Source: a virus
Lineage: Duplodnaviria; Caudoviricetes
IMG/VR virus record: IMGVR_UViG_3300044840_000005
Coordinates: 1-26,111 of that record
Length of the DNA: 26,111 nt
Strand: one strand, 5' to 3'
A program made the position numbers and the translations under genes. Below, piece by piece: positions 24,733 through 26,111 of this stretch; within the stretch, counting starts at the first letter, position 1, and each line of letters opens with the position of its first letter. The notes under the pieces are model-generated. The model saw only the letters and a program-made list of their open reading frames with translations, was not told the DNA's origin and did no database searches.

Positions 24733-24905
24733 ATTCGTTCTGGCATGTCTTGCGGAGGATCGTCGCCGCGCTCCGCTGCGAGCCACGCAAGGTAGAACGC
24801 GATCGACTGGCGCACGAACCCGGAAACGGAGTCCCCGTACCGGGCGGCTTCCTCCTCGACGCGAGTCTTGGTTTCGTCGGGTAGACGTAAGTCCAGGCGC
24901 GCCAT
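24720..24905 (-). CDS. Ribbon-helix-helix (CopG/Arc-like) regulator, 61 aa
   Basis: MARLDLRLPDETKTRVEEEAARYGDSVSGFVRQSI: alternating beta strand followed by helix-G.S-helix. Confidence 0.8.
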   Translation of the reverse strand: MARLDLRLPDETKTRVEEEAARYGDSVSGFVRQSIAFYLAWLAAERGDDPPQDMPERMKPR

Positions 24906-24926
24906 GTCGGCGCCGCACTCTACCCC

Positions 24927-25015
24927 TGACGGCGGACACTCCGTCACGTGGCCTCCCCACTGCCCGTAGAACATCGGGCTAAAGTGTTTGGCGTACGGTG
25001 CCGACACCGTACACT
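24927..25015. promoter_or_regulatory. Two ACGG-N8-CCGT palindromes over divergent promoters
   Basis: TGACGG-N8-CCGTCA (24927-24946) and GTACGGTG-N4-CACCGTAC (24993-25012); the second overlaps TTGGCG-N16-TACACT. Confidence 0.6.
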
Positions 25016-25050
25016 ACGCCAGCCCAACTCGACAAGGACAGGTTGCAGGG

Positions 25051-25311
25051 ATGCCAAGCGCTCGCCTCACGCCCGAGGAATTGAAGGCCCTACAAGCCGT
25101 TGTATCAGAACTCCGTCGCGCTGTCGCGCAGTGTGGCGCAGCGAACCCGGATGGCCGCGCGTGGCGTGCGCTACTCGGAGCTCGCGCGGTCCTGCTTGAC
25201 GAGTTTCCGGAGTGCATCGAGTCGCTTCGGAGCCTCGGTCCAGTCGGCCAGCGGCGTGAACAGACGAGCAGCACGGGCGCGCAGGGCGGCGTCTCGCGGG
25301 AGAAGTTCTAG
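25051..25311 (+). CDS. Hypothetical helical protein (86 aa)
   Basis: Promoter-like element upstream; MPSARLTPEELKALQAVVSELRRA...; its 3' end overlaps the convergent HTH gene by 141 nt. Confidence 0.45.
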   Translation: MPSARLTPEELKALQAVVSELRRAVAQCGAANPDGRAWRALLGARAVLLDEFPECIESLRSLGPVGQRREQTSSTGAQGGVSREKF

Positions 25312-25572
25312 CGCCGAATCCCAGAGTTCGGGGATCGTGACGCCGGCCAAGTCGGCGTAGGCAGCGATGATGTGGCGTCGCCCCTTGATCCAGGAGATGC
25401 TGCGCTCCCATTCGCTGATGGAGGCGCCGTCCATGGGTCGACCACGGTGCGGCTCGACATAGATCCGCGAGAATTCCTCGGCGGTGATGTCGTTGTAGAT
25501 CCGGATCTCGGCGCATAGCCACATGAGGATGCGCTCGTATTCGAGAATTGGGTCCTGCGTTCGGTCGCTCAT
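25171..25572 (-). CDS. XRE-type HTH protein, putative immunity repressor
   Basis: IRIYNDITAEEFSR...GASISEWER...AYADLAGVTIPELW; GGGGA SD before ATG 25572; divergent from the early promoter. Confidence 0.6.
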   Translation of the reverse strand: MSDRTQDPILEYERILMWLCAEIRIYNDITAEEFSRIYVEPHRGRPMDGASISEWERSISWIKGRRHIIAAYADLAGVTIPELWDSALELLPRDAALRARAARLFTPLADWTEAPKRLDALRKLVKQDRASSE

Positions 25573-25610
25573 TTGTCCCCGGGACCATACCCATCTTTGG
25601 CGTTCGGCCA

Positions 25611-25640
25611 ACCATGCCAGAGCCGTTTGGCTCTCGTCAA
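25611..25640 (-). promoter_or_regulatory. Putative leftward promoter with palindromic spacer
   Basis: TTGACG-N18-CATGGT; the spacer contains AGAGCC-N4-GGCTCT (25619-25634). Confidence 0.45.
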
Positions 25641-25682
25641 GTGCCGTTCGTCGCAAGCGAACAGTGTTCGTGGGCGGATCGC

Positions 25683-25728
25683 TTGACAAAACGCAAACCC
25701 CTCGTCAGGCTCCTTTGCGAATCGCAAA
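25683..25728 (+). promoter_or_regulatory. Rightward early promoter and operator
   Basis: TTGACA-N17-CAGGCT followed by the palindrome TTTGCGA-A-TCGCAAA (25714-25728). Confidence 0.65.
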
Positions 25729-25746
25729 TCACGAGGGAGGGGCGCG

Positions 25747-25953
25747 ATGTGGGACACGCTGGTTGAGGGGTTCTCCCCGGAGTACCACGAAGAGCTGATC
25801 GAGGAGTACATGGCTCGGCTGGACCTGCGTCATGGTCGCATGTTCTCCCTGGATGAGGACGCTCCGGGGTACGCGGAGCAGTTCACGCTCTTGGCGAACG
25901 ACGCGTACGAGCTGTCGTTGGATGTCGATGCTCTGCGCTCGGAGATCGCCTAG
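25747..25953 (+). CDS. Small acidic hypothetical protein (68 aa)
   Basis: GGGAGG SD and ATG; 17 D/E versus 4 R and 0 K. Confidence 0.8.
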   Translation: MWDTLVEGFSPEYHEELIEEYMARLDLRHGRMFSLDEDAPGYAEQFTLLANDAYELSLDVDALRSEIA

Positions 25954-26111
25954 TGAGCACCGCTGAGCTTCTGCGCGCTGCGCGCGACCGGTACGCATCG
26001 GCACCGTCCCACGCGGTGTTTGGTAAGCACCCCGCACTAGGGACTTACTGCGTCGTGACGGCCATAAGGCACGGATATGACGGGATGCGGTGGGCCCCCG
26101 ACGAGCCAAGC
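25953..26111 (+). CDS. Hypothetical protein, truncated by the window edge
   Basis: TAGTG overlap; MSTAELLRAARDRY...YCVVTAI, open to the end of the window. Confidence 0.6.
   Translation, partial: MSTAELLRAARDRYASAPSHAVFGKHPALGTYCVVTAIRHGYDGMRWAPDEPS

Noticed and set aside
1-26111. CRISPR array, DGR/retron, integrase/att, IS element, intron
   Set aside because: No repeat-spacer periodicity, no RT, recombinase or transposase motifs, and no interrupted genes seen by eye.

Overview
High-GC siphovirus-type (HK97-like head, long non-contractile tail) phage or prophage segment. It runs, almost all on the + strand, through packaging (terS/terL), portal, prohead protease, major capsid, head-tail joining, tail tube, frameshifted tail chaperones, tape measure, minor tail genes, a multi-gene lysis region and a nucleotide-metabolism cluster. 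It ends in a divergent regulatory region with RHH and XRE-HTH regulators. A collagen-like secreted moron suggests an actinobacterial host, probably Thermoleophilia/Solirubrobacterales (inference). No integrase, reverse transcriptase or CRISPR array is visible. Most notable: (1) four late genes, including the major capsid, appear to start at CTG, ATC or ATA behind strong SD sites, and an atypical initiator-like tRNA(CAT) plus a D-armless tRNA-like element follow the capsid gene; (2) a shared TTGACAAAAC promoter motif precedes two leaderless morons in the tail module and the rightward early promoter; (3) an acyltransferase + glycosyltransferase pair sits among the virion genes; (4) a roughly 230-nt multi-stem candidate ncRNA lies in the tail module; (5) several unlisted Cys-rich microproteins. 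All family assignments come from motif recognition by eye, not database searches.
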